64,000 bases of DNA, from assembly GCA_051313645.2 (NCBI GenBank), contig JBNRSN020000011.1, positions 137,516,001 to 137,580,000 on the forward strand, read 5' to 3'. This document shows positions 27,199-40,751 of this stretch, one piece after another. The stretch's first letter is position 1, and every line of letters starts with the position of its first letter. The position numbers and the translations under genes were made by a program. Source of the DNA: Centroscyllium fabricii. Taxonomy: Eukaryota. The notes below the pieces were generated by a model that was given only the letters and a program-made list of their open reading frames with translations, did no database searches and had not been told where the DNA came from.

Positions 27199-27456
27199 CC
27201 AAAGATGTGCGGGTTAGGTTGATTGGCCATGATAAATTGACCCTTAGTGTTAGGGTGATTGAATATGTGGGATTACGGGGATAGGGTGGGATATTTCTCG
27301 GTGCAGGCTCGATAGGGATCAAGGGATATGGGGAGAGGGCAGGGACAGGGTACTAAGTTTGGATGATCAGCCATGATCTCATTGAATGGCGGAGCAGGCT
27401 CGAGGGGCCGAATGGCCTACTCCTGCTCCTATATTCTATGTTTCTATGTTTCTATG
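27199..27456 (+). mobile_element. V-SINE, 5'-truncated
   Basis: Begins CCAAAGATGTGCGGG and ends (CTATGTTT)n; inserted in a CR1 tail. Confidence 0.9.
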
Positions 27457-27619
27457 ATGGGCCAAATGGCCTCCTTCTGTGCTGTAAGATTTTATGATTC
27501 TATATTGAGATGGATAATTATTTAAAAGGGCATCAGTGGAAGTTGGAGTAATGTCTTCCTCCGTGCACTTGCAGAGCCCACTACAGACATCAGAGAAAGC
27601 CATGGAGATCAAAAAGAGT

Positions 27620-28003
27620 CAAAACTGCCCAACGAATCACCGGCACCCAGCTACCATCAATTGAATGCACCTACCTGAAACGCTGCCTATGGAGGTCTCA
27701 GAACATTATTAAAGACCCCACACACCCCAGCCATAGTCTGTTTGCCCCCTGCCCTCCGGGAGACGCTGCAGATCAATTCACACCCGCACGACCAGATTCA
27801 AGAACAGCTTCTTCCTCAGGGCTGTCAGCCTCCTGAACTCTAACAAAAAACTCCAGTATCTGCACACTTGAAATGTACTTAATTGTATGCAACCCATGTC
27901 ACTTATTTGCACTACTCTCGGGAGCAGCGAGTCTACGTTTCGTTGTATTGTACTAGTACACTGCAATGACAATAAAATTGAATTGAATTGAATTGAATTG
28001 AAA
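27620..28003 (+). mobile_element. Rex1/Babar LINE 3' fragment
   Basis: RITGTQLPSI...IIKDPTHPSHSLF...IHTRTTRFKNSFFLRAVSLLN; tail GACAATAAAA(TTGAA)n. Confidence 0.8.
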
Positions 28004-28009
28004 TTCTGA

Positions 28010-28603
28010 TCAGTTATACAGGGTACTGGTGAGGCCACATCTGGAATACTGTGTACAGTTTTGGTTTCCATATTTGAGAAAGGATATACTTGCTTTCGAG
28101 GCAGTTCAGAAAAGATTCACTTGGTTGATTCCGGAGATGAGGGGATTGACATATGAGGAAAGGTTGAGTAGGTTGGGCCTCTACTCACTGGAGTTCAGAA
28201 GATTGAGAGGCGATCTTATTGAAACATATAAGATTGTGAGGGGGCTTGATTGGGTGGATGCGGTGAGGATATTTCCACTGATGGGTGAGACTAGAACTAG
28301 GGGCCATAATCTGAGAATAAGGGGCTGCCCTTTCAAAACTGAGATGAGGAGGAATTTCTTTACTCAGAGGGTGGTGAGTCTGTGGAATTTGCTGCCTCAG
28401 CGAGCTGTGGAAGCTGGGACATTAAATAAATTTAAATCAGAAATAGACAGCTTTCCTAGCTGATAAGGGAATAAGGGGTTACGGGGAACGGGCAGGGAAG
28501 TGGACGTTAATCTAAGTTCGGATCAGCCATGATCCTATTGAATGGCGGAGCAGGCACGAGGGGCCGTATGGCCTACTCCTGCTCCTACTTCTTATGTTCT
28601 TAT
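28010..28603 (+). mobile_element. CR1 LINE 3' fragment
   Basis: ORF 28029-28463 reads [11 protein letters not shown]...RRLRGDLIETYKI...FFTQRVVSLWN; tail ...CTTATGTTCTTAT. Confidence 0.92.
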
Positions 28604-29869
28604 ATGTTGCACACTCATATATGCTCATTTACATACACACATATCTATATACAGGTACAGGTGATAGACACACATACTCGTCTGGATAAAGAGCTCTCCT
28701 AAACGTCTCTATTGTTTAGATGCGCACACAACGGTTGGACGCGTAGGTACTACTGAAGAGAGCTTTTGTCTGGACTGTTTTAGAATAACCCTATTTACAA
28801 AGTAGTACATGGTGACTGCATGTTCTAGCACTCTCACCTCTTACTAGGAACTTAGTAATCGAAGCTGTATATGTGGAGCCGGAACTATTAGAATGAACAG
28901 ATTCACTCACATTGTAGCAAGCTGAAATGAACTTTCCCAGCCTCATATCAAACTTATCTGCAGCGACTCAAACTCAAGTAAAAAGTAAAGTTACTTCTTT
29001 TGGGAGGAAGTGGGAATGTGTGGGGGTGGGGCGAGGAACGGAGAATAGGCGGAATAATATTGGAACAAAATTTGGGCAGAATTACAAAGCGAAAACTTTA
29101 AAGTCTACGACTTACATTCTCGCTTTCTCTACATCTAATAATGTATGCATACAATTTCTGTCGGCATGTAGTTATATGTATCTGTAGAGATTTCTCATCC
29201 CGATCTGTCTCATTGCATTGCTCCTCTCCCCTAACCTGTTTTTAGGCCTTAATAGCGTTGCATTTTTTGGGGGGCTTCTCTTCTTCAGGGGAGGGCATAC
29301 ATGCTAAGGTTCTTCTCCCCTTGCAGCTCGGACAGTTGTAATTGTAGAAAATTAGATTCTCAAGTGTCTTTACTCAAGTCAAATGTTTCCAAATTACAAC
29401 GTAAAACGTTGCAATAGACAACAGTATCGACGTACTGAAAATATGGGCAGAACTGAGCAATTCTAGTCCTATTTTATTTTCAAGGTGCTACTGCGATCTC
29501 CAGACGGTTTTGAAAACTGTTGTAACAAATACAGATTCTCGCCTTTCTACTGTCTACTATCCACAATGATTTTCTGCAGTCCCAACACAACGCTATTCGG
29601 TGCAGTGTTTTTGAGCAAAGGCAAATCTGGCAGGTGTCATCTTTAGTGCACCAGGGAATGTCAACTCCCAGCAGAGCGGTGCTTCCCGGGAACACTTCTA
29701 GTGCCCTACATTAGAAGTGTGTGTGTGTCCCGACACCCACATGGGCTACTGGCCTTCTGAAAGTGGCCCTGAATAATGTGCGTGCTACAGTTAAAGGATC
29801 CTGAAAATTGATATTCAGAATTTAATTCCCTGAGAACACATTTTATATTTCAATATTTTTATTCGGCCC

Positions 29870-30878
29870 TGGGATGTGGGCGCCACCCTCAAGGCCAACA
29901 TTTATTGCCCATCCCTAATTGCCCTGGAGAAGGTATCGGTGAGCCGCCTTCTTGAACCACTGCAGTCTTTGTAGCGGTTTGTCATGACTGAGTGGCCTGC
30001 TACTACATTGAATAAATTTAAAACAGAGATAGACAGTTTCCTGGAAGTAAAGGGAATTAGGGGCTATGGTGAGCGGGCAGGTAAGTGGACGTAAGGCTAG
30101 GTTCAGATCGGCCAAGTGATCTCCTGGACCAGTTTTCGATCGCCTAGATGAGTCGGAGAGGAATTTCCCAGATTTTTTCTCCCAAATTGGCCACTGGGTT
30201 TTTAATCTGGTTTTTCGCCTCTCCCGGGTGATCACATGGGTTTGGGTGGGATGGAGAGTAAAAGTAAAATTGAGGTTCGGATCAGATCAGCCATGATCTT
30301 GTTGAATGGTGGAGCAGGCACGATGGGCCGATTGGCCCACTCCTGCTCCTATTTCTTATGTTCTTATTTCAGAGGGCAGTTAAGAGCCAACCACATTGCT
30401 GTGGGTCTGGAGTCACATATAGGCCAGACCACATAAGGATGGCAGATTTCCTTCCCTAAAGGACATTAGTGAGCCATATTTTTACAACAGTCACCATTAC
30501 TGACAGTAGCTTTTTATTCCAGATTTAATTAACTAAATTTGAATTCCCCAGCTGCTGTGGGAGGATTTGCACTCATGTCTTACGGATCATTAGTCCAAAG
30601 ATGTGCGGGTTAGGTTGATTGGCCATGATAAATTGACCCTTAGTGTTAGGGAGATTGAATATGTGGGGTTACGGGGATAGGGTGCAGGTTCGATAGGGAT
30701 CGAGGGATATGGGGAGAGGGCAGGGACAGGGTGCTGGGTTTGGATGATCAGCCATGATCTCATTGAATGGCGGAGCAGGCTCGACGGGCCAAATGGCCGA
30801 CTCCTGCTCCTATCTTCTATGTTTCTATGTTAGGCCTCTGGATTACTGGTCCAGTAACATAACCGCTATGCTACCATA
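29870..30878 (-). mobile_element. Second tRNA-derived SINE family (SINE-B), interrupted
   Basis: Inverted homologue of 34346-35222: tail GGGATGGGCAATAAATG...GCCCACATCCC, head at 30831-30878. Contains a CR1 3' end at ~30003-30367 and a V-SINE. Confidence 0.75.
30592..30831 (+). mobile_element. V-SINE, 5'-truncated
   Basis: Begins AGTCCAAAGATGTGCGGG. Confidence 0.9.
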
Positions 30879-30899
30879 CTTCTTAAAAGAAATTAAAAA

Positions 30900-31285
30900 T
30901 AAAAATTATGAGGGGCATAGATAGGGTAGATAGAAAGGAACTTTTTCCTTTAGTAGAGGGGTCAATAATCAGGGGGCATCGTTTCAAGGTAAGGGGCAGG
31001 AGGTTTAGAGGGGATTTGAGGAGGAACTTTTTCACCCAGAGGGTGGTTGAAATCACTGCCTGAAAGGGTGGTAGAGGCAGGAACCCTCACAACATTCAAG
31101 AAGCATTTAGATGAGCACTTCAAATGCCATAGCATACAAGGCTACGGACCAAATGCAGGAAAATGGGATTAGAATAGACAGGGCTTGATGGCCGGCGCGG
31201 ACACGATGGGCCGAAGAGCCTCTTTCTAGTCATACAGTCATACGGCACAGAAAGAGGTGCTGTATAACTCTATGATTCTATGAAA
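30900..31285 (+). mobile_element. CR1 LINE 3' fragment
   Basis: KIMRGIDRVDRKELFPLVEG...RNFFTQRVV; closely similar to the inverted copy at 35237-35668. Confidence 0.85.
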
Positions 31286-32756
31286 TTGAAACCGGGTATA
31301 ATAGACACATGGAACTATATTGAAAGAGGCACTGCATAAAATTAACGGAACACGCATGTTCCAAACTTTAAAAGTTGGTCCAGGTTTTCAATTACAACAG
31401 CTGGCTCGGCGCAGCTGAGCTGATGACCCAGATGTGCTTTCCCATAAAAATAAACCCCGGCATTGTTAGTTACATAACGCGGGGCTTTAACCAAACAATT
31501 CAAGGATGCCTTCTGTTTCCGACCCGACCTTTTGACTTGGTCATTGCAAACTGAAGGCTTGAGCGCTGAAGAGCCTCGAGACACATACAAAGAGGCTGCT
31601 ACTGATTGACTCGCATGTTTGACGTGGCGACCTCAATGCAGAACAGGTTAAGAAAATATGTCAAAAATGTTAAGCTTATTTAGGAAACGTAATAAAGTGC
31701 ATATTACAAATAGGTTGAATAAACTACTTTTTAACTTATTGCCTCCCAAAGATCTTGTTTATAATTTAAAATATCGGTATTATTTCAGATTTCCGTCAGT
31801 TATGCTGCCTGGTGCATGAGGCTCCCTGCCTGGGGTTTGCAGCTTCAGCACTTTAATCCGGATATGCACCAGTATAAGTGTTCTGCTTTCCTATCCTAGG
31901 TTGCAGTTACAATACAAATTTCGCTCCAATATGATATCGTTTTGGATTTGGATTGAGATAAAACTGACGCTATATAGCAGGACCTCATCTGACCCCCGCC
32001 AGCATCAACATTTCGAGGCGAAACACTACTTGGCTTTCAGACTGGGTGGAGTGTACCCCCAGTCCGGCGCGAAATCTCTTGGCTCTCTCTCCCACTTTAT
32101 CCATTCAGTATCGAGTCCTTAATGTTAGAGGCAACGGGCACCTCCAACCGGCGCTTTCCGAACTTAAAAAAACAACCGGCGACAGAGCTCTGCGCATGTG
32201 TGCAAGGTCTATTGATGGCCAGAATGGCAAATGCCGAGTTGCAGGCGAGCGCAGCCCGCTGTATAACTTTGATCCAAGCAACTGCACTTCGGAACCTCAG
32301 ACTATTAGTGTAATAACTGCAACCCTGTCTTCTGGATATTCCATTTGATTAAGTCAGGGCCCTATCAAGCAGGAAGATAACTTTACCAATTCTCAATGCG
32401 CAGTAGAATGAAAAAAGTCGAAAGTAATCAGAGTTTGAGTTTTGGTTCTGATATTTTTTTCCGCACAGCCTATACATAGAGAGAGATGTGTTGCACTGAG
32501 CACTGTGTGAAATAGATTAGGAAATGGAATCTTATTCCTGCCTTCAGAGCGATGTGGAAATTCTGCCGGAAGTATTCGCTCAATGCTTCAAGTCCTCCAG
32601 CTTTCTACTGGGATTCAGATCCCCGTTTAATAGTCTAACTAGTGGAAGGCTCTCAATCAGCTCTGCAATTTCACTTCACTAACTCAGTCTGACCCAATTC
32701 ACTCTAACTTTTCGCTATCTACAAACAATATATGGAAGATATGAGAGCTGTATGAA

Positions 32757-33490
32757 TCGGGCACAGCAGTGCAGTGGATATGTTACTGGACTAGTAATCC
32801 AGAGAATATAAATTCAAATTCCCGCCATGGCAGTGTTAACATTTGAATTCAGTTAAAAAAAAATCTGGAAATAAGAGGCTGGTTCCAGTAAGAGTGAACG
32901 GGAAGCTGTCTGTTTGTTGTAAATACCCAACTTTAGAGAAGGAAACCCGCCATCTGGTCTATGTGACTCCAGTCCCACACCAACGGGGTCGACTCAACTG
33001 TCCTCTGCAGCGGCCTAGCAAATCCACTCAACTGTAACAAAACCACTGAAGCAAAAGGCCCACCTTTATTGCCCATCTCAACCAGCGATGGGCAATAAAC
33101 GACAGTCTTGCCAGCGAGACCCACATCCACATCACAAGAATACATTTCATGAAAAAGAGTTACCTAAAATATTTTGAAATGCTATTTCATGAGTGCTGTA
33201 TGACACGATGACATGTGTCTCCGGGGGTGGCCATGGGACTGGACGAGTAACCCAGAGACCGGGAGTTCAAAACGCAACTTGTAAATTCAACAAAGCTGGT
33301 AATTTATGGGCTGGCATCAGAAAAAGAAAGTCAAATGTTTAACATTAAAAACACAACTGTTTCACCAATCTCCTTCAGGGAAGGAAACCGGCCACCCCTT
33401 GCACGCGACCCTAGCCCCACATTATATGGTTGACACTTAAAGTTCGGGATCGGGCAATAATGGCAGCATTGCCAGCGTTTCCCACAAAAC
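32757..33490 (+). mobile_element. Two degenerate SINE-B copies in tandem (~32757-33140 and ~33225-33490)
   Basis: Head TGTTACTGGACTAGTAATCCAGAG, middle GAAGGAAACC...GTGACTCCAG, tail GGGCAATAA...TTGCCAGCG...CCCACA. Confidence 0.65.
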
Positions 33491-34345
33491 GCAAGAAGAA
33501 ATTAAAAGGAAACGTGGCTCGGGCTCTACAGTGAAGTGTCCCTGCGGTCCGCTAACATTCAGCGCTCACAACGAAGGATGTATATTTGGACACATTTCTG
33601 GAAGAGTGCGGCTGGTGCCAGTGAAACTCTAACCTGAGTCCGGGGAGAATGGAGATTTGTTGGCAAAAAAAAATGGGAAAAAAAGTTAACACATTTTAAT
33701 GTAAAGAATTACAAAATTTGGCAGTAAATGTAGGATAGTCATTTAATAATACAATATCAATGGAACACGCAATTGAAGCAGTGGAACTTATCGTCAGACA
33801 ACCATGATCCTCTGTGCCTTAATGTAAATTGACACTTGAAGCGATGCAATCATTTGAGATTTTGTTTGGACTTTTTATTTTTATGGCGTAACTGATGTTT
33901 CTCGGTATTTTAGTGTTTTTTTAAATACTAATTTTAAAATTATATTTTCAGATTTAGGACTCCACAAATCACACATTATTCACTTTGCAAAAATGGATTG
34001 GTAAGCAACCCTCACCCGGATCTCTGCCAATGGCGTTATTAAGCAGAGAGACGCATGAACGCGTTTTGTACAGCACTCGTATGGCATTTCCATTTGCTCC
34101 CCCAGCCCTTCGTACGATTTTTTCGAGTCAGACTGTCCAATTGAGCCAATTAGTGTTACATTCCGGGAAATTGTCTCAGGTTGCCTTATTCCCACCAGGA
34201 ACTAAGTTAAGACTACCCCGTGGCCATGTCAAATATTAGTCCTTACAGCTCAGTGAGCCAAGCAACTTTCATGCCATGTGCTGGATTCCATCGCCCATTG
34301 GTGGCTACAGATTGTTTTCAGTCATAGAGTTATACAGCACAGAAA

Positions 34346-35222
34346 GGGGAGGCGGTGGCGTAGTGGTTATGTCACTAGGCTAGTAAGCCAGAGGCTCAGT
34401 CAAATGCTCTGAGGATATGGGTTCAAATTCCACCACTGCAGCTGGTGGAATTTAAATTCAATTCAATTTAATTCTGGAATTAAAAATGTTAGTCTTAGTA
34501 ATTAGTAAGGGCGGCACGGTGGCATAGTGGTTAGCACTGTTGCCTTACAGCACTAGAGACCCAGGTTCAAATCCAGCCTCGGGTACTATCTGTGTGGAGT
34601 TTGCACATTCTCCCCGTGTCTGCGTGGGTTTCCTCCGGGTCCTCCGGGTGCTCCGGTTTCCTCCCACAGTCCAAAGATGTGCGGATTAGGTTGATTGGCC
34701 ATGGTAAATTGACCCTTAGTGTTAGGGAGATTGAATATGTGGGGTTACGGGGATAGGGTGGGATATCTGTCGGTGCAGGTGCGATAAGGATTGAGGGATA
34801 TAGGGACAGGGTGCTGGGTTTGGATGATCAGCCATGATCTCATTGAATGGCGGAGCAGGCTCGAAGGGCCGAATGGCCTACTCCTGCTCCTATCTTCTAT
34901 GTTTCTACGTTAATGGCGACCATGATACCATTGGCGATTGTTGCAAATAAAACCCATCTGGTTCACTAATGTCCTTTAGGGAAGGAAATCTGCTGTCCTT
35001 ACTTGGTCTGGCTTACATGTGACTCCAGACCCACAGCAATATGGTTGACTCTTAATGCCCTCTGAAATGGCCCAGCAAGCCACTCAGTTGTAACCAACCG
35101 CTACGAAAAACAGTAAGACTGCAGCGGTTCAAGAAGGCGGCTCACCACCATCTTCTCAAGGGCAATTAGGGATGGGCACTAAATGCAGGCCTAGCCAGCC
35201 AGCGACGCCCACATCCCATCAA
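34346..35222 (+). mobile_element. SINE-B, near full length, interrupted by a V-SINE
   Basis: A box TGGCGTAGTGG, B box GGTTCAAATTC, tail GGCAATTAGGGATGGGCAC...GACGCCCACATCCC. Confidence 0.8.
34509..34911 (+). mobile_element. V-SINE, full length
   Basis: GGGCGGCACGGTGGCATAGTGG head; V-domain with a duplicated CCTCCGGGT. Confidence 0.9.
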
Positions 35223-36479
35223 TTAATTTGAAAAAAGAGGCCCTTCGATCCATCGTGTCCACGCTGGCCAACAAGCCCTGTCTATTCTAATCCAATTTTC
35301 CAGTATTTGGTCCGTAGCCTTGTATGCTATAACATTTCAGGTGCTCATCTAAATGCTTCTTGAATGTTGTGAGGGTTCCTGCCTCGACCATCCTTTCTGG
35401 CAGTGAGTTCCAGATTCCAATCACCCTCTGGTTGAAAAAGTTCTTCCTCAAATCACCTCTAAACCTCCTGCCCCTTACCTTGAAACTGTGTCCCCTGGTT
35501 ATTGACCCCTCTACCAAGGGAAAGAGTTCCTTTCTATCTACCCTATCTATGCCCCTTATAATTTTGTACACCTCAATCAGGTCCCCCCTCAGCCTTCTCT
35601 GCTGCAAGGAAAACAACCCCAGCCTGTCCTGCCTCTCTACATAGCTGAAGTGTTCCAGCCCAGGTAACATATATAATCTTAGTGTGGAATTTGAAAGGTG
35701 CAAGGGAGACTTTGGTCCTCCAAGCTTAAAACTGGAGACATTTAAATAACGCAGGCTGGGGTACAAGAGGACCAGCTATATCAATAGAAATGCTATCTCG
35801 GTAAAATCTTCTTATAACCTGTATGTTCATCCTATAGGACAAATATTTCACGGCCTTTCAGATTTTATTGGAAATAGCACTCCATCGTTATCACCCCAAA
35901 AAATTAAAAGTGCATTTAAATTACACATAAAACAGATGAACTATTACTTATGAGCCACACGCTCCCCTCAAATACCCGCAGTGGTTGTCACCGCTGTATA
36001 TCTGTATGGTCCATCCGAACACGAAGGCCTGTAAGATCCTCATAACCGGACGAGCAGATTCTGTCTAAAAACATAAATACAATAATAATTACGCTGTTAG
36101 CGACTCCCCTGGATACATGAATCGTGTGAGCATTACCAAATAGAATGGTTTGTACCTATGATTTATTGTCAAGTTGGAGAACACTGTAATAGATGTTGGT
36201 GCATTTTTATTGACTATTTAAAAATATGTTTACATTTGCTACTGAGTTTTATATAAATGCTATATTGGAATTCTGATACTTGGAAACCACTGGAAAAAAA
36301 ATCATTCTATTGTTTGACAACCCAGCGCAGTTCTCAACTGAAGTCGAAGAATTGATATGTCATGGATTACTGCCTTCTGCCTCGGCTCAGACCCAAACGA
36401 GCCACCAGGGTGGAACTCTTCTAACCAGAGTCCCTTAAATCTGCTGGCTGGGGACAGGGATATTTCATTCGCAGTTGAT

Positions 36480-36960
36480 AACAAGCGCCTTCCAGCACTT
36501 ATTTTCCACAAGTAATCTGCCCGTGCAGCCTGCAGATTGCTGAGGCCGTGTTCTTTCTCCGGCCATTGCAACCAACGGTCACCAGTGACCATACATCACT
36601 TTCCCTTTTTGTCAGGGCGGCCTCCCGAAGGTCTTTTTACTAGCTCCAAGTGTCACTAAGGAGCAGCAAATGCACATGTACGTGTCAATAATCTAGCCCC
36701 CAAGTCAAGTCAAATAGCTCCGTGAAAGGAGAAACAATGAATAATGCCCCTGGCCCATCAATAGCTGAAAGTCAAGAGGCGTGATAAGGTATCGATCAAA
36801 AGGCAGTGGCATTTGTTGCAATTTCAGCTCCTTAATGTATGACCATCAAGCCAGAATAAGACCTCATTTTAAACAGTATCATTTGTGACAGGAGGCTCTC
36901 TTGAACCTCGTAGACTGCTGAGCATTAGGACGGGGAATCGCATCAGAAGATGGGCAGGTG
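36480..36960. promoter_or_regulatory. Candidate conserved non-coding enhancer
   Basis: Unique sequence with AACAATG (Sox), TGATAAG (GATA), GATCAAAAG (TCF-like) and TGACAG (Meis) in a repeat-poor block. Confidence 0.45.
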
Positions 36961-38539
36961 CCTTCAGGCTGTGCCTCACTTAAGTCCTGTCTCCCTGCAG
37001 CACATTCATTCACCCAGTCCTTCGTAAGTCTAGCCGGCACTGATACTATTAACAAATCCTTTCACTTACTTCGAATTTCAGCATTGTATTAAATATTTCA
37101 TGCACTTGTTTGATGCTAACTGGTGGCTTCATCCAGTGGCAAAGTACTTTAACGCCACCCGCCCCCCCAACTCACCCCACCTTATTCTTTCATTTGGGAT
37201 AAACACTCAGTCAAGTGGGACAGCAAAACAGATGGGAATCAATTATTAAAACGCCGACAGTGTAAAATCGTGCAATTTTCTATGCTTACAAGTACGTTTG
37301 CACGACAATATAAATAGATGTGCTTAATCAATAATATTCTGCTGGCAGACACCAATGTTGTATACTGCGTTCAACTGCAGTGGAATAAATCACAGCATTG
37401 TTCTGTTATGTGATCGTTATTTTTCCAGATTATCGTTAACAGCCCTCAGAGTACAGAGCAGTGTTTAATTGGGATAGCACTCGATGAACCCCCATACAAC
37501 TAGTAACTGGGAATTAGATGTAGAATTACAAAACAGGTTGCTCGGATCTGCAGTTTAAGTTATGCAAAGCTGTGTGTTGGCTATTTAATTCAAAAGTTTT
37601 ATGCTTCTATTATTATCCATATTTCCGATACGGAGAGGCAAGCATAAGGATGTATCTTGAATGATTATTGATACATTACAATCTAATTTCATATTTTCGG
37701 TTGCATTCATTAGGGGGGGGGGGGGGGCGGCGTTGGGGGCATGGTTTATCTATATTTGTGTGGTTTCACGTTAAACTTTTACATTTTCTCCTGAATAACG
37801 AGATAGGTTTGTTCGAACGGCCATTTCGAGAGTAAAGATAGCATCATAAGAAGTTTAAAGTTACTTTTTATAATGTCGTATTGAACGCTTCCACTTAAAC
37901 TTAGAATCAGCTTCTCTTGCCCTAAACAGACGGCAAATACAAATTTTAGTACTTATAAGTGTCACTGTTAAACATATATATAATTCATTAATATACTGTG
38001 CTATATTTGAACATCAGCTCTCAGTCTGTCTTCTAAGGGTGGTCTTGTATAGACTTGATGTCCAAATCTGTACTTTTAATCATTCATATTATAATGTATT
38101 AATACGATTGTTATACTGTTGTATTGTTCCAAACTAAACTTTAAAAAAAAAGTAAGCCCGTTTCCTGGAGGACCCCTCGGTAAGCCCATTATGCAGGTCT
38201 TCTTAATTTTATATTTGAATATCTCGTTCAGATGATCTGCGTATATATAACAAAAAAAAACACTCACCAGCAATAGCACTTCATCATCCTAATGAGCTCA
38301 CTGTTGTGTGGATCTGAATAAGCTCGCTGTTGTTGAATATTAATTGTAGGAAGAGGCTTGGGGTGCAGGATACAAATGGGCCTGTCCTCAAACAGGAGCT
38401 CTTGGCCTGAGGGGGAGGAAAGCTGGAGAAAGCTTCATTTAGCAGGGTGGTGTGGAGAGCCTGTCTGCTCTCCCACCGGTTCCCCCCACCCCCCTCCACC
38501 CACCACACATACCCCCACCATCGGTATACCCAAAGACAA

Positions 38540-39560
38540 CGGCCACAAGGGTGAAACAACAGGACGTGAAATTACAGCAAGAGCTGTCGTGGTGGGCCCT
38601 AAGAGAATGGAAACAGGTTGAAATGGGTTAATTAACAGGATAATCACCCAACAAGGCGTAATTTCTTTTCAATGTTTCAATGAGGATCTCATTACGAAGC
38701 TTAATGTAACTTTACAATTCCAAGCAGAGAGAATGTGAATTGATCGCCAGCAGAGTCAGTATTTGCCCAGCGACCTGTCTATTTCAAGCGGTTAATGGAG
38801 GCGCGGGGAAGGGTCGGCGGTGAATAAAATTGGGGAATAAAAATGAAAAGAAACAAAAACATGATTTACCTCCAGACAAGAAAAAGTCAGTGAGAATGAG
38901 AGGTTTATTTGTTTTAATAAGACGCTTATTTTCTTCAAAGCGTACAATGCGTTGTAAGCGCTGTCCCAAAGTATTGCAGTTTATCTGTGTGGGTCAGGTT
39001 AATATCTCATTATTTACTGAGCTGATCTGCATTTTTTTTTGAGTGCTGTGATATTCGACTCCCATCGCAGCCTGGCAATGTTCAGGGGCTGCAGTTTTTT
39101 TTTATGGCTTATTCTGGCTACTGGGCGAATTCATTGAAACCCGCGTTTTGATTTATAATTGCACCCCCCGCCCACCACACACACACACACCCACCCCACC
39201 TAAAAATAATCCCACTTAATTCTTTTCGGACAGCTCAGCGACAGAGTAATATCGCGCAAAATGTTTTAACAGGTCGGTTTATGGAGTCAACATTATGGAA
39301 CATATATTTAAATTTATAATAAAAATGTTGAATATGTCAAACAGTGTTTCATTGTTAATTGTTCGCCTTTATTAATGACTAAGTAGGAATGGAAACCAAG
39401 TTGCCAGATCTACAAGCCGATTATTAATTATTGATGAGGTGTTTACCACGGTGTCAATCAATAGGGTGGCTTCGGTTTTGCTGTCGAGAAGCGTTAATCA
39501 TAAGAAGCTCCTCTTAATAACTCAAAGCTTAATAAAGTAGGTGGGGGCGAGGGTCATTTG
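38540..39560. promoter_or_regulatory. Candidate conserved non-coding enhancer cluster
   Basis: TTAATTAA, TGATTTAC / TGATTTAT (Pbx-Hox-like), TTTATGG and TTTATT (posterior Hox/Cdx-like), CATTGTT; retained CpGs. Confidence 0.4.
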
Positions 39561-40524
39561 AAAAGCCGACCTTACAAGAGGGGCTTTCGGTCCAGGTGTC
39601 TGCGGATGGCATCGCCGTGAATCGCGGCGCCCCAACCCCAACTGAAGGATAAATCCACTGCAGACCCTCGCCAGGACTGGACTGAACGCTCTCCGCACTG
39701 TCAGCTTCCCCCGCTTATGAAACTATAAATCTTACAGTTTATAGAATTATCGACTCGCCGAGGCAGATTGTTTTATTTTGCTTTAATCCGGCGTTAACCC
39801 CCTGCTTTACAAATTGCACTTAAAAAAAAAGACGTGTTCTCAGTTAAATATCATCTCCTATTAACCCGCTGCCCTGACCGTTTATCACGTTCTGCCCCGG
39901 GGTCCTCGTTTGATCCGAGCGAGAATGGTGTCGTTCCTGATCTGAACAGGTTGGGAGTCATTTAAGCTCATCCCAGATGCAGATCTTTCTTCTCCCTCTC
40001 CCCTGCCCCCCCACATACAACACCCCCCCCCCCCACCAAAGTCGGAGCATTCTGTAAAGGGGCAGATTTTAAGCCGCAGCTGTAAGCCTCTCTTGTCTCT
40101 GATAAAGAGTCTCTTGCTGGGCCCAAGTGGGCATGTAAAGAGCTGGGCTGAACTCTCAGCAGTCAGTCGCTCGATAGCCCAGGGCTTGCCTATCTGTCTC
40201 CCAAAGGCTCTCATCAACTCCCCGATGCTTCCTTTTCTCCGTCCCCTCTAAGAAGAGATGGTGGAAAGTGGGGGGGGGGAGGGGAGGATGGGGCGGGGGG
40301 GAAGGCGAATGTTCCCAAAGCAGCATCTGCCCCACTGGTGCGACCACCTGGCTCACCAGACTGGTACCAAATGGCACCGAACTCTCAGCCAATTGGTGTG
40401 AGGGGGGCGAGGTCTTGTTAAGTGAGTGTAGGGAAACCTATCAATCGAGGAAGAAGTGAAGCGCCGCGAGCAGGGTGGAACCTCAGCAATATGATAACAC
40501 ACATCACACAGGGCTGGCTAAACT

Positions 40525-40751
40525 CAAATTCACACCAGCAGGACTAGATTTCAGAACAGCTTCTTCCCCAGGGCTGTCAGCCTCCCGAACTCTAAAAATA
40601 AACTCCGTACCTGCACGCCTGATAATGTACTATACTGTATGCAATTTGCATGTAATTTATTTGCACTACTCTCGGGAGAGTCGAGTCTTCGTCTCGTTGT
40701 ATTGTACTTGTACTCTGCAATGACAATAAAACTTGAATTGAATTGAATTGA
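40525..40751 (+). mobile_element. Rex1/Babar 3' fragment
   Basis: Homologous to 27775-28003; NSFFPRAVS motif and (TTGAA)n tail. Confidence 0.8.

Larger units (their letters stand above)
25010..27505 (+). mobile_element. CR1 LINE ORF2 remnant (RT domain), interrupted by nested insertions
   Basis: EQWQVFKVELVRVQTKPIPIR at 25012-25075 resumes as RKVGAAWMTKEI after 25898. ORF 26085-26501 has PEDWRIANVTPLFK, NYRPLGLTSVVGK, QQGF, VDVVYIDF. ORF 26569-26832 has LERVLRRFTRM. Confidence 0.9.
34322..35668 (-). mobile_element. CR1 3' fragment whose tail is split by SINE-B
   Basis: ORF 35287-35766 reads MLPGLEHFSY...RRLRGDLIEVYKII...WNSLP. The extreme tail TCATAGAGTTATACAGCACAGAAAG is at 34322-34345. 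Confidence 0.85.

Noticed and set aside
31975-32130. Possible ancient Penelope GIY-YIG tail (HYLAFRLGGVYP)
   Set aside because: Only a few residues are similar, and no hammerhead or pseudo-LTR follows; too weak to call.
34509-34585. tRNA genes at SINE heads
   Set aside because: A and B boxes are present, but each runs directly into the SINE body. They are tRNA-derived heads, not tRNA genes.
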